A stretch of 64,000 bases of DNA from Raillietiella orientalis (taxonomy: Eukaryota), in NCBI GenBank assembly GCA_036172245.1, contig JAYWIR010000023.1, positions 2,480,001-2,544,000 of the forward strand, written 5' to 3'. The position numbers and the translations under genes are program-made. The notes under the pieces are model-generated. The model had not been told where the DNA came from, did not search any database, and worked only from the letters and a program-made list of their open reading frames with translations. Every line of letters begins with the position of its first letter. The stretch's first letter is position 1. Below, one piece after another: positions 36,301 through 48,500 of this stretch.

Positions 36301-37164
36301 AAAACAAAATGTACCTCAGAGGTCAGTACTTCTGTTTTTCACAGTGGTAAGGATTGTTCTGGATAGGGAACTGCAAATGGCTCAAGGGTTGTGTTGGGAA
36401 TTATTGGAATCACGCTGTTGGATGCGTGCAGTTGGTAAGTATTCATTAAGATTTACCTAATGATAAGAAATGTTTTCCAGAATGTGGCTCTAGCGTGTTT
36501 CATCTAATTTTTTTACAAGGAACTCCATTTCTATTCAACAGTGAGTTGTGCCATATGTTAGATGGTGAAAATACAGCATTGATGAGAGTACTTTGTGCCA
36601 GTGTGGATAAACTTATACTGACTCCTCAGCAGGCACCGGATTTATTTCAAGATTTAAGAAAGTAAGGCATCTTAAACTATAATGTGATAACTATATTTCA
36701 TCTTTAGGCATTATATCCATAATCGTTCACCTGACAGTCAAATTGTCATTCTTAGCTCACTGGAACGTACATGTACTGTGATGGAGTCTTTGCCTTTAGA
36801 TAGTCAACTAATACTTCGAATTGGACAAGTATTGTAACTGATGTTGTACTTTTAAACTGTGACCAAGTGTCTTCACAGGAAATTCTTCGAGGCTGTGAAA
36901 AACGCAATCTAGATTGGATGTATTTGATCAACTTGGGATGTTGTCAGCCAGGAACAAGCACAGGACCTAACCGAGTACAAAGAATGACCTGCAGAGATCA
37001 GAGGTGAAGTCCAGACATGTTCTTGGAAGCTTATTCCTTGCAGATTTGCCCCATTTCCACTGTCCTCGCAAGCTGCAGCAGCACCTTGGATCCAAAGAAA
37101 AAAGCATTTACCCAGGAGTAGTGTATGCTTCCCACGTGCCCGTGGCTGGTTACAGGAAATATAA
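33302..37164 (+). CDS. TDRD5: Tudor domain-containing protein 5-like (tejas-like): four LOTUS/OST-HTH domains, one extended Tudor domain and a C-terminal region
   Basis: Exons 33302-34231, 34744-34900, 35005-35108, 35166-35321, 35365-35594, 35641-35782, 35827-36171, 36221-36321, 36367-36434, 36481-36661, 36708-36828, 36879-37003 and tentatively 37044-37164 (otherwise TGA at 37005-37007). TDRD5-type Tudor-SN: EVFHPQKFFVQL, PGQACACPYEGYWHRGLI, VYYLDFG, LPAQAILSSLA, KPLAALV, LCDTTGKEDVHISDQLIEEGLA. Confidence 0.88.
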
Positions 37165-37203
37165 ATTTTTTTGATTAACAGAAAAGGTGTGTATTGCGGA
37201 GCT

Positions 37204-38154
37204 TCATTCACCAAGAAGAAAACTAACATCACTGTTGGGCATGTATTCTTGTGGCTGCTGTCCTCTAAAACTTACAATTATTAATTGCTTCAATTGCTAC
37301 ACATACATTTGGAAGAGTTTAGCTGGATATTTTCCAAGGATTGTAGCTTGATTTCCATGTACGGATAACATACTACCCTCACGCAGACCTAAAACTGGTG
37401 GCACATTTCCAAGCTGAAGGTACTCTAAGATGCGCTGATCTCTAGTTTCCTTTGTTATGATTCAGTGCATGGCAGTATCATTCCTTGTTACTTACTTGCA
37501 TACAAGTGCTGTTCTTATCTGCATCAATATAGTGTGGATTTATATGAAAAGGAATCAGTTGCAGTGCATTGAAAGAAGGGGGGAATACTATTGGCATATC
37601 ATTGGTAGTGGCAATACTAGGAGTTGCCACATTGGTACCAGCACTGCTACCAATATATATCATGCCATCCTGTAGTACTTTCCTTCTTATAATTGTAATT
37701 AATTCTTTGTCATATAGTGCTTTTAATAGTCTGAATGTATTGCCTCCGCCGACAAAAATTGCTTTTGCACTTTCAAGTGCATCCTTATCATTGTATGCAT
37801 GAATGCTGGAAAACTTAAAACCTCCATGTCACTTTGGATACGGTTTTTGTTACATTTTGATTTACAGTTTAGATTACCGATTTTTATTAGTATTAGCAAC
37901 ATACCCCATGTCTCGAATGGCACGGTCAGTTTTGATGCGTACGCATCATGGTCAAAAGAGGCGTACGGGATAAATAGTACTTCCTTTACACCATTTCTAA
38001 TAAATACGAGTCGAGTGAGGGAAATCTCGAATAAACGCAGACTTCAAACGTAACTTTACCCGGAAAGGAGGTTTTTGATCTCCGCGGCGGCCCACTGTAA
38101 CGGATCTTCACTTGGAAGAGTCGTGTTTGACAGCAAAAGTAGGTTGCGTTCCAT
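37204..38154 (-). CDS. pepE: Alpha-aspartyl dipeptidase (peptidase E, family S51)
   Basis: Exons 38154-38060, 37996-37905, 37821-37496, 37449-37307, 37264-37204, in phase. Motifs LLLLSNTTLP, LFIPYA, IFVGGGNTFRLLK, YIGSSAGTNVA, TTNDMPIV, INPHY, ETRDQRI, GLREG; Ser-His-Glu triad residues present. Confidence 0.96.
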
Positions 38155-40049
38155 CAGGGACCACCGTTCCTGCGTTTCGATACCCTCAACGTGGCACTTG
38201 CACGGCTTGGATTGCACGGCTCCGTCGCGTGCTACTGCAACATTACCGGTGTGGACACGCGAGCTTTTCAGGGATACCTTCCTTTCAAGGTGCCACTGTT
38301 GCGGAAAGTAGGTGAAAGGTCATGTTGGAGGGGGGGCTAAAGGAGGAGAGAAAAAAAAAACACTCTAAAATATAGATGATGCTTTCCGTTTTCACTCATG
38401 TAGTAAAAACGAGCATAGTTCCATTGGTAGGTATGAATGTCGTTAATGGCACATGATGTACGATCATGCATGCTTCAACTTTTAAGAAAACCTGATCCTA
38501 CAGCTCGTAAAGTTTTTACGAAACTTTCAGCCAAGTGAACTTTGGCAAGCTCTTTTATTAGCCTCGCCTAAATCTTCATTGATTCTCCTTAAAAATTATA
38601 ATTAAGTTTGCTTTTCCCACACGCATGCGGCGTGTCAGATAAACTCTGGCCAGCAGCCATGACGGAACAGCCTGATTTTTGCAATCGAGCAATGCCAAAC
38701 TCGCAAGTTTCTGAACTGATATTGTATTTTAATTAAGAAACTTTAATTTAATTTGAAAACTTAGAAGCACAGAAGAACGAAAGCATCCTGAAGGAACCTT
38801 AGTTGCGTACGTCTCATCGGCACTATGCAGATATTGACACGCTGAAAGCCACTTGTTAACACAACGGAAAAAGAAAAAAAAAATGAATTTTCTGGTCAGG
38901 TACACCACTCTTCTAGAATCCTAAGATAAGAAAACTGAACACAAAACGGTTTTTGTTTTTTGTAGGCACTAGAAGGAGCCTCCCTTTTTTTTGGAAAAAT
39001 TTTTTTATTTTTTTTTATTGATGCATACTTTCTGTTTCAAAGATAATCAAAGTTTATTAAAAGTGCTTAGAGCTTGCCATGCGCAACACCATACTCATAA
39101 AGGATCCAATGCTAACATCATCGAAAATCATTCTGCTCAAACTACCCATTTGTAATCACGAAAGAAAAAAAAATGGGAGGCTCTGTGTGCAACGCGAATG
39201 ACTCAGGTGCCATAGGAATCTGGCTCGTAGACCATCGCCAAATGCGCTGCTCAAATAACATTTCCTTATAAACAGAATGGGAATAGAAAAGGATTATGTC
39301 GAGTGGAACAGCATCAAAAAAAAAGTACATTTTGGTATTGTTTACTCAAATCAGTGCATTACATTACTAGGAGGCTCTTGCTGGTGCCCTCACGAATTTC
39401 AGCAAGCTGAGTTATAATCGGTAAAAGAAGTGCATTGGTGCTTTTTGCTATGCATTTCTTTTATATGAATGCTACTGTAAATGTGGTGCCTTTTACGTAT
39501 GATCGCACTCACGAATATCTGGCGGTTTATTCCAACTGGTGAGCATGAATTTAGCGACAGAGCTAATGACCGACGACGTCGCCGAAAAACGAGACAGTTC
39601 TCTCTTCCAGCTGTCGGTCTGGAACGAAATTCGCCGAAGCAAAGTCGACTAAAGAAAGCTCATGGAATTTCCGGTCTTCAAGCATCCCACCCATAAAATG
39701 TCAGTGGGATTCATCTAGGCTATCGAAAGAAACAAACTCGGTTTAGTGATTCGTAGTGGAATGACTGAATTCTTCACACCGAGGAATGACTAAATGGACA
39801 CTGAGCATCGGAAACACTCCTGTCCGCTCCCAGCCATCATTATACCGTCTTTCCCTTTTCAGCATTTTACGGGACTTTTTCAAGCTGTTAACAAGGATTT
39901 CTCTTCCTCCCTGATCCACTTGCACTGACCACATGCTTTCTTTTTTTGTAATAGATGTTTAATTAAATTCATCTGAACGTTGCAAACCGTGGCAGCGGAT
40001 TGCCTCAAGTTACAGGCCTTCTCGAATAAATACATCTTGTTGAGTGCTA

Positions 40050-40600
40050 TCCCGTGAGTCTCGATCTTCCTAGGACGGAGATAACAGAGCTCAAATCAAC
40101 TGGGATGGAATACGCCACTCGTTCGGAAACATCCTCGAAGTGATGTTGCTGAACCTCTGTTGACTGACAGAGCATCTGAGGCTAAGCTGGATGGTTGTTG
40201 GTCTCGGCTGTAGTTTGATTGTTTCCAGAGTATTCAGGATGTTGTCATCTTAATTTTGACATTTGCCCTTTGCGTTCCTTCCGAACTTCTGGAACCTTAT
40301 TGCATTCTCTGAATCCATACTCAGGAAGTATCCATTCGAGCTTCCGATTCTCTGATGCTTTTAGCAGCAGACAACGATGGCACCTTCTTACTGTATATGG
40401 GAAAATCAGAGACCAGTTCCTACAAGTGTTGGCTGCATGAACGCTGTAAACCGTGTCAGAGGATTGCTTCACCGAGGGTGCGAATCACTCGCTTCCACTA
40501 AAGAGGAGGCTGGCATTCTGAGTCGTTTGAGAGATGCGATTCTTCGATGCGGATGGTCGGATAGTCTTTGTCGGCAGCTGAAGGATGCATGGCTTCTTTG
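40050..40600 (-). mobile_element. Degenerate RTE-like LINE RT fragment
   Basis: Minus ORF 40245-40472: NTCRNWSLI...KLEWILPEYGFR resembles CxNYRGISL...ILPExQxGFR. Boundaries approximate. Confidence 0.35.
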
Positions 40601-43600
40601 CACGCAATAGTTTACCAAGCACGGGGCGTTATTTGAAGTTTGAGGGTTCGGGCCTCGCAGCCAGGTAGGCGATCTCTTACAGGAGTGGGAAAGCTAGGAC
40701 AAAAACCCTTCTCTGCCTTCTTCAAACAAGGCATCTCTGAATATTGACAAGCACTCATTGCATACAAATATCAAACTCATTCTTGTAAAATGACTTCAAA
40801 AGAGCTAAGGACATTGACGTTCTACCTATGGCATTCGTTGCATCTCTTTCTCATTGTCGCTTTGCGTTTGGTTTCCGAAGTACACGTGGTCTTCCTTGTG
40901 TCAGACGAATCATTTTTCACCGTATCAGTCGGCACAACTTACAAAACAACTTCCCCTGTCAAGAAATATTAATAGGATCTAGCAAATGCTATTGCTATGA
41001 CCATAAACTACTGCGTCCATGTACAGACCTTTGTACACGTTCATTCAGTTACCAAAATACTTATTTCCAGGCACTGAGTCTGTAGGTGAACCGTAGGTGA
41101 TGATCTACTTCCGAAACCCGTTCAAAACTTGTTTCGGAATATATTTTACCGTGTTTTCTCAACCTTACACGCCACTTATCACAAGAAACTTGTTTCAATT
41201 TCAAGATGCTCCAAAATGATCTTTCGCTGTATTGCCAAAGAAGCGGTGCAAAAACTTTTTTCGAGATCATTCATGACGACACATTGAGCCCCCGAGAACC
41301 AAACATAGTATTGTATTTTTTCTGCAAAATCTAGAGAGAAAATTATCTCGTCTAGACGACCAAGCTCTGAGTGGCATTTCGGTTCCGTTCACGCGGTATC
41401 ACGAAGAGCGTTGAACCAGCGTTCGTTCCAGCCGAAATCCAATGATTTCGGAAACTGAGGGATTTGCATTTTTCCCTAGGCCGTCACGAAAGCTCCTGAC
41501 TTCTCCCTCGATTTACGAACGTGCTGAGTACTTGAAATGAGGTTCGGAACTAGCCATTCATGTGTTTAGAAGAAAAGATGTTTCAGCGTGATGTAAACAT
41601 ATTTGTTGCCATTTACGAAGAGTGGTATCTGTCCCTGGATATCATGGTATTGCCGACAGATATCCGAATATCGTTGTGTAATTGAATTTCACCCACCACA
41701 ATTTTGAGACTTGCGTGACCGCAAACAACCTCGCCTTCAAGTGATCTGTGTTCTGTCCAAACCAGAATGGCGGTGTGTTAGATCTTCAGCGAAGAACGCA
41801 ACTTTGACCAAAATTCCAATAAATGTAATTAATGCATTCATTGTAAATGACATTGGACGGAGGCGTTGGTATCTCCATACGTTTGGAAGCAAATCAATGA
41901 TTTAGAACTTCTGCATCCATTTTTCAAGGTGCTTTTTTCTTTGTTCTTCGAGTTGTCTTCGTTAAGACGGTCTTGTAAAACACCTAGTATAGATTCGCTA
42001 TCGTGTTGCTAATACTCAGAGTGATAAGCATCGATGTTTGCTTCAATGGCTCTCAGTTTCTATCTCCCGAGACTTTCAAATGTGAAAGCGTGATACAGTT
42101 CTTTCTTTTGGTCCACCTAAGCACTGTTTAATAGGTCTCAGTAGTGCTGGTTCCCGTTGCACCAATTCTCTTGAAGTCTTTTTCTTCCTAACTCATCTCC
42201 ACCAAGATCGAAGGACCAAAGGCAAGGAGTTCGTTGGTCGCTTCTAGCCGTGGAAGAGTTTTCGTGGCTCAAGAAGCGCATAGAGGATAGAGGATACGGT
42301 TAGAGGAGGATGACACCAGACTGCAGATGCTCAGAGGAGTTATGGACGGGCTTCACATTCCAGCAATAATAGTTTTCTTTCCTCTGACGTGCGAAAATAG
42401 AGAGCTTGGCCACTCGACCAGTTGTCAGTGGGTCGGAAGCTTCGGCCATCCGGAGATTCTTGAGACCTTGGCAAGCAAGCAGTTCGAAAACCACGGGACC
42501 CAAAAGGCGTTACAGTTTCCTTCACTTGGAAACCATGCCGAGGAATCGTTGATCAACTGCTTTCTAGTCAGAAACCTCCTTGGTCCCGAAGCCGTTTGGC
42601 TGCAGCTAGCAGCCTTCGTGTCCGAAAGAGTGCCGTCTCGCATTTCTGCTTTCCCTTTCTTCAGGGCTCAAGACACGCGACTCCAAGGAAGATCTCTAGA
42701 TGGTCTACAGGAAGAGAGGACCAATGGTTTTTGAAACAGTGAAGCCTACCCAGAATTATTCATTCACTCTAGGCTTCTCTCTCAACGAAGAAGCACCGTT
42801 TTCACAGTCACTCAGAAGACTCACCCACGGAATGCTTCTCACGGTGATCATGGATCCATAACTGCCACGCCCGTATGAGAGAGAAAATTTTTTGTGAAAC
42901 ATCAAGTGATTCTCACGCAAGTGCTTCTGATGCATAGCAAAGGCTTTCCGATACATTTAAGCATCGTTCTCGCGAGCCTCTGGCATGCTCTGCATCTCTT
43001 GAATGCCCTCACCGAAATGCTCCAGTCGACTGAAAGTTTCGCGCATGCAGGAGATGTGCGTGGCTTGATCGATGGGGAGGAGCGGCAACCACTGCAAGCA
43101 GCCTGCACCCTGACAAGGGAACTGCGGGTCTCCAAGAGGAAGGGAGATGATTTTGATAATGGAATCCCCAAGTGTATGTGTGTGTGCGTGTGTGCTTAGC
43201 ATGAAAGAAGGGCAGAGAAGAGTTAGTAATAAAAGAAATGCTGAATGGCAGAACAAAACTCTAGCAAGTAGCATGGATGAGGAAGTTCCAGAAGAAGGAC
43301 CTTTGGAAAACAGAAGCTGGTCCATGTTTGGTTTTTTCAACTAATTAGGCAACTCATCAAAATCCCTGGTCTCTCTAGCTTTCTACCGTTTTCCCAGGAA
43401 GGTTGCTTCCCTCGTCGCTTTCTCCCTGTTTTGTTTGAAAATCGGTCATTCTCTGTGTTTTCTTCCTCCTCCTCTTCCTCCTCCTCTTTCTCTTCCCGCT
43501 CCTCCGCCTCCTCTCAAGAAAAGTAAAAAGGGCATTTTTTTTGTGCTGGAGATGATGTACACACTTACCTGTCTTTTCCATCGACACAACAAAGGAAACA

Positions 43601-43799
43601 GTAAGGTGTTTTATGATAAAAGGGAAGGGAGAGACGAAGTCCAGAGTAAACAGTCGGTCAACCCTTCAAGTTCATGACTGAAAGCTGAAGAGTCGCTGAC
43701 ATCTAAGTTTGCTCTGAGGCTGTGGAGACCTCTTGCTGAAAGTCACTTCCGAGCGCTAGGTTCATCAAAAACGCCGTATACGCTGTGTGAGAAAAATAC

Positions 43800-44300
43800 G
43801 GATGTTTCTGCTCGAAAAAGGAGGAATGGTGTCGAATCGGCAGTGGAGTGGGGCGAAAGCTCTTGTGAGAGCCATCCTTGAGCTCCACATCAAAAGCTCA
43901 CTCACTCCATTAGATCCAAAAAAGATATTGAAAAAATTCCAAAGATGTTCGGAGTGCTCGAAGGGGAAAGAAATTAGAGTAAATTCCCTTGTAATTTCAA
44001 AATGCCGAGGCTGCATGCGTCCATTTGTCTCACATGCATGGCAGCCACCCGTCCCATTCAAAAAGTGGGAATCCTCTGGAATCCTCTTTGCGAGCAAACA
44101 GTCTGTGTGCTTCCACGAAAGCCACAACTGAGAACGATCGCATGGTTTGTGGCATGCGGTGGACTGCCCTCAGGCGGCGCGCGTACTTTTTGTTCGCTTC
44201 CTCCGCGTATGACTGGAGCCTCTCTTCAAGGAGCAGTCCACATTTTTCAAGGTGCTCGCTACCGGCGAAGATGAGTTCCTTCGAATTTCCGATGAGGGGG
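43800..44300 (+). mobile_element. Degenerate L2/CR1-like LINE 3' coding fragment
   Basis: LELHIKSSLT (cf. LGVxIDSxLT), CMRPFVSHAWQP (cf. IRPxLEYAxxVWxP) and MRWTALRRRAY (cf. LxWxxLxxRR) in order across frames. Confidence 0.4.
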
Positions 44301-45560
44301 AGTTCTGGAATCTCTCCTTCAGCATTCTCGATACTGATAATCTCGAAGAGATGCTTCCCGATACCGGACTGGACCTAATGTTGAGGAAGAGAAGGACAGA
44401 CAACTGATATCCCGAGCGTATACCGAGCGCCCTCTCGAGAACATGGCATCAGCCTTCAGCATGGCAATGGAAGAGGAGAGCAGACAACAAGAAACGACAG
44501 CTGTTTCTGTCCACTTGTTCCCCATCCAACTTCAATTCACGTATCCCGCACCTGCTTTTGGACTGCGATGCTCTTCGGTAGCTATGGAGGAAGCTGGCAT
44601 CAGCGCTCCTGTAGCAGGACACCACCCACGACCTGCTGAGGCGATTCTTCGCTCCAAAATTCACGCGAGTCCGTGGGCAGTTACATGGTTCTATCCAGCT
44701 GATCCGGGCAACCTTGCTTCCTGCCTTCAAGTGTTCTTGGTGCCTGAACCGCATGAGGTCCATTCGGGATCCTGCAGCAGCATCTCAGTTGGGTGAAGCA
44801 AAGAACAGAGATCTCATCTGCCACGATACTGCTGCGTGAAAGCTCAAATTCAAGGAGAACACAAAAAAAATAATTCGCGTGGAAGGGTCACTGTGGCAAC
44901 GATTCGGTTCCCTGAATACTCCCTCCACGATGCTGACACCACGTACCAGCGGACTTGCCTTCCTGCCTGCTTGTGGTCCACAGGTTCGTTCGAAGCGGAT
45001 ACCGGGAGCTTTCTCCTTCCGATCCGAAAGGAAACGTTGGTGACTCCAAAGTTTCTAAGCGCTCTCTTGGAACAAGCGAGGAATCCCTTCCTTCCTCTCT
45101 CTTTGTCTCTGAAAGGTCCTAACACGTTCCATCTGCAAATGAGACCCACCATCTTACTTATACTTCCATCATTTCGCACCACACCCTTATCTTGCAAAGA
45201 CACGTGCGAATGCTGCGCAAGTGCGCTGGCGAGGATCACTGAAGAGGCAGAGGGAAGGAGGAGAAGTACAAAAAAGAAAAAAGAAACGAAAACTAAACGG
45301 AGCGCGGTGGATGCCAACATTTTGCGGCTCTGCGATTTCCCGATATTCGCTCCCAGAGCTCAAGTTCTGTTCCCTCTTCCTATCAGCCGGAGTTCGCCTC
45401 TGGTGTTCTTTGCCGTCTGTAGGCGCCCTGCGATTCTTTGCTCGGCAAATGCGAACAGTCCGGAGCTGTATCCCGGGAGGGGATCGTGCTGAAGCTGGAA
45501 AGCCTGAGAAGATCGGAAGCCACTTGGGAGCTCCCACACATCTTGTAATCCATCATCCAA

Positions 45561-45592
45561 CTCTCTCTCTCTCACGCTCTCTCTCTCTCTCT
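45561..45592. repeat. (CT)n microsatellite, interrupted
   Basis: Seen directly. Confidence 0.9.
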
Positions 45593-48500
45593 CGAGTGCG
45601 CGTACCAACACAAGAAATGCTTCTTGCCGTCACTTCTCACTCTCATCGGTACTTGCAGCATCATTTCTTGAGTTACCCATCTTGTCATTCCGTTCGTGTT
45701 CGGCGACGAGAGAAGAGCCTTTCAAGCTTGAGGGCCGGAAGCAAAAAGAGTAGACCCTTGGATTAGCTTTACCTCCGCTTCGGACGAGGCTGCTCCCATT
45801 TTCCGAGGTGTGATCCTTCCGCATCCTGAAAGCACCGTTCTGAGCAGAAGCGTCGCTGCACGGATTGGGCCTCCTCGCATCACGTTCAAACCTTCCCTGA
45901 GGTCTCCTCTGAGAGCTTTCAACGCTCATCCCGCTTCCGACGTCGGTTCCAAGATACGGATCCGCTGCTAGAGCGAAGCGGGCGCTTCCAGAGCGAAACG
46001 AGGTCGTGACAGTGCGGACACTTTTCCCCCGGCAGGCGGCCCCACCTCACCCCCTCGGAGCTGCTTCCGTGGTCTGGTACTCCAGCACGGCCTCGCATCC
46101 CCGTTCCTCGCGGCGGCTGGACGCGCCTCTCGCAGAGCGGAGTCAAAGAAGGGTGAGCAGTGGCGGTCAACAGGAGGCGGAGCGAAGACCCAGCAGCCGC
46201 ATCCCACCTGCGGCTCCGCTTTCTCATCCGCCCCTCTCGGTATCTCGGATCTCCTTCGGATGCTCGTCTGTTCCTCTGGCGTCAGGCAGCAGAATTCTCG
46301 AATCAGCGCTGTTCGCCTGCGCGAGCGTTGCCTGGCTCCGCATCCCGGGAGGGGTCTTCCAGCCTTGGGACTCACTCGGCAGTCGGGAAGTCTCACCGGA
46401 GAGGAAAGACTCAACAGCCTCAGGCAGACATCCCTCCGGGAGGGTCGATGCAATGATTGACCGGATTCTCAGGATTGATAGTGGGGCCCCTCCCAGGTGG
46501 CAGCAGTCGGCGCTGTTGACGTTGCTGCATTGGGCACTCCTGTGCAACGCGAGCGCAGCCGCTGTGGGGCGAGGGGAAGAATCTGTCCCGACTGCTCCAG
46601 GTATGGAAGGGAGGGAGGAAGAAGGAGATCTTCCTTCCCACGCCTGCTGGTGGCAAGTGTTTCCCCGAGGGCACGGTGGGAACGTTTCTCCGCGCCCCTT
46701 TCCTCCCCAGTGAACATCCCGACGAATACTCCGAGGAATCTCTTTGTGCGGAGCGTCTGGTCGCCAGCTGCCGCAGTCGCAGCACCGTACTGCCTCTGTC
46801 TCCAGAAACGGCTCCGCGAGAGGAAGGCACCATAGGAAGGCCATTGTCCACTTCGCCATCCGGTTCCCGCGGATAGCATCGAGTTGGGATCCGCCCGGAC
46901 AGCCATAAGGAGGAGCTCGCCGGCATCCTGCAAAAGATGCAAGGGACTCGATATCGAGGGACGTGGTCCCTTCCCTTCCCCTCCACCATTTTTCCAGACC
47001 GCTTTTTTTTACATTTTACTTTTTCTCGTCGGCGCTCCCCGTGAGAATGTCAGACTCGGTAGGGGCGGAAAGTCCCACCGCCTCCTTTTTTTTATTGTAA
47101 AACGAACGTCCCGGTGCACTGGCTTTTTCCGCCACGGTGCACCTGGGCGGGAAAATCGTGGGGCGAGAGGGGGAGTAACCTGCAGGAGGGAACCAGGAAA
47201 GACACAAATAAGAAAAAAACTCCTTACGCGCAGGTTCGTTAGGGGGGTTGGGTAGGGACGGGAAAGAACGGGAATTTGCTTCCCGCTTTTGAGGGTTCGG
47301 CAGTCCCGTCTGCATCCCAGGATGCCCGGGGCAGAGGAGTTTCCGCTGGCGGCTCTTCGACCGTCCTTCTCTGGACGTGGTCGTGCCTCTCTGAAATGGG
47401 TTCGAGCAGGCACACAACTCGACCGTCTTCGCCGTCGTCATCATCGTCACCAACGCACCAGCGTCACCAGGAGCATCTCCCGGCTTCCTGGGAAGATGGC
47501 GACCTTACGAACAGAAGCAGCTCCAAGTGGTGGGCAGTCAACTAGGCGAGGCGAGTATAGGCGAGTATGGCGGCCTGCTCCCGGAGATCCGGGAGCCTTC
47601 TCTCCCTCCTCCATAGAGCCATCATGGACCCCCTTTGACGCCAGATCCTGGAACGGGCACTTTCCCTGAAGCTCGCCGGGCTTTCCGGCAGCGCCTCGCC
47701 CGGTGCGGTGCCCCCATCCTCTCCCACATTCCCTACCCCCTCTGGCCCGAGGGCGTCACCGTTCTCCGCAGGAAAGCGCTTCCCACAATACAGTGCAGGC
47801 GGCCCGTGGTCTCCCGAAAGCGGTACCACGGGCCGCCGAAGAGGAGACGTCCTGCAGCTCCTTGTCGAAAATCCCCCATCCCTTCGTTCACTCTTGTCCG
47901 ATTCGCTGGCGGGTTGGTTCATCTCGCCAAGGGGTGGAAGACACTTTCGCCGCCGCCACCGCGTCATGAGAGGGGATAGGCGGTCTGCGCCCGTTGATGC
48001 CTAGCGCGGGCAGTGAGGTTGCCAAAAGAGCGGCCCGCCTCACGGAAGAGCCTTGAAGGAGCAAGGATATTCCCGGAGCCGCGCCTAGGCGGGACTCGGA
48101 AGCTGCAGCAGACGCAGGCAGCAGGGGGAAGATGAAGCCTCTCAGCCTTCCGTCCGAAGTGCATGGGAAGGACTCACGGCCGTTGCTGGGAGCGCGAGGC
48201 TGCCGTCCGCTCTCTTCTGCACGCTCGCCGCGATCTTCGGACGAGGCGGGGAGGAAGGCGGCTGGGAGGACATCTTGCGGGATCGGTGGTCCAAGTGATC
48301 CCAGAAGACCGGGACCCCGCTGCAAGTATTGGGCTCTTCCAGCGATTCCCAGGCCCGTGGGAAGTATCTTCCAGGCGTTGTGGAATCGAGCTGCCAGGAT
48401 GGCCGGCTCTTTTCGCGGAGGCTGCAGCTTCCCAGCCACACAGTGGGAACGATCGTGAAGGGCGCTCCCTTTACGAATTCCGAATGGGTGGGGCGAGGTG

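Noticed and set aside
42750..43150. Possible further LINE fragments (HLRENHLMFHKKFSLSYGRGS here; RTE-like tails near 14540-14690 and 55930-56070)
   Set aside because: Single weak motifs each; too decayed to call without a search.
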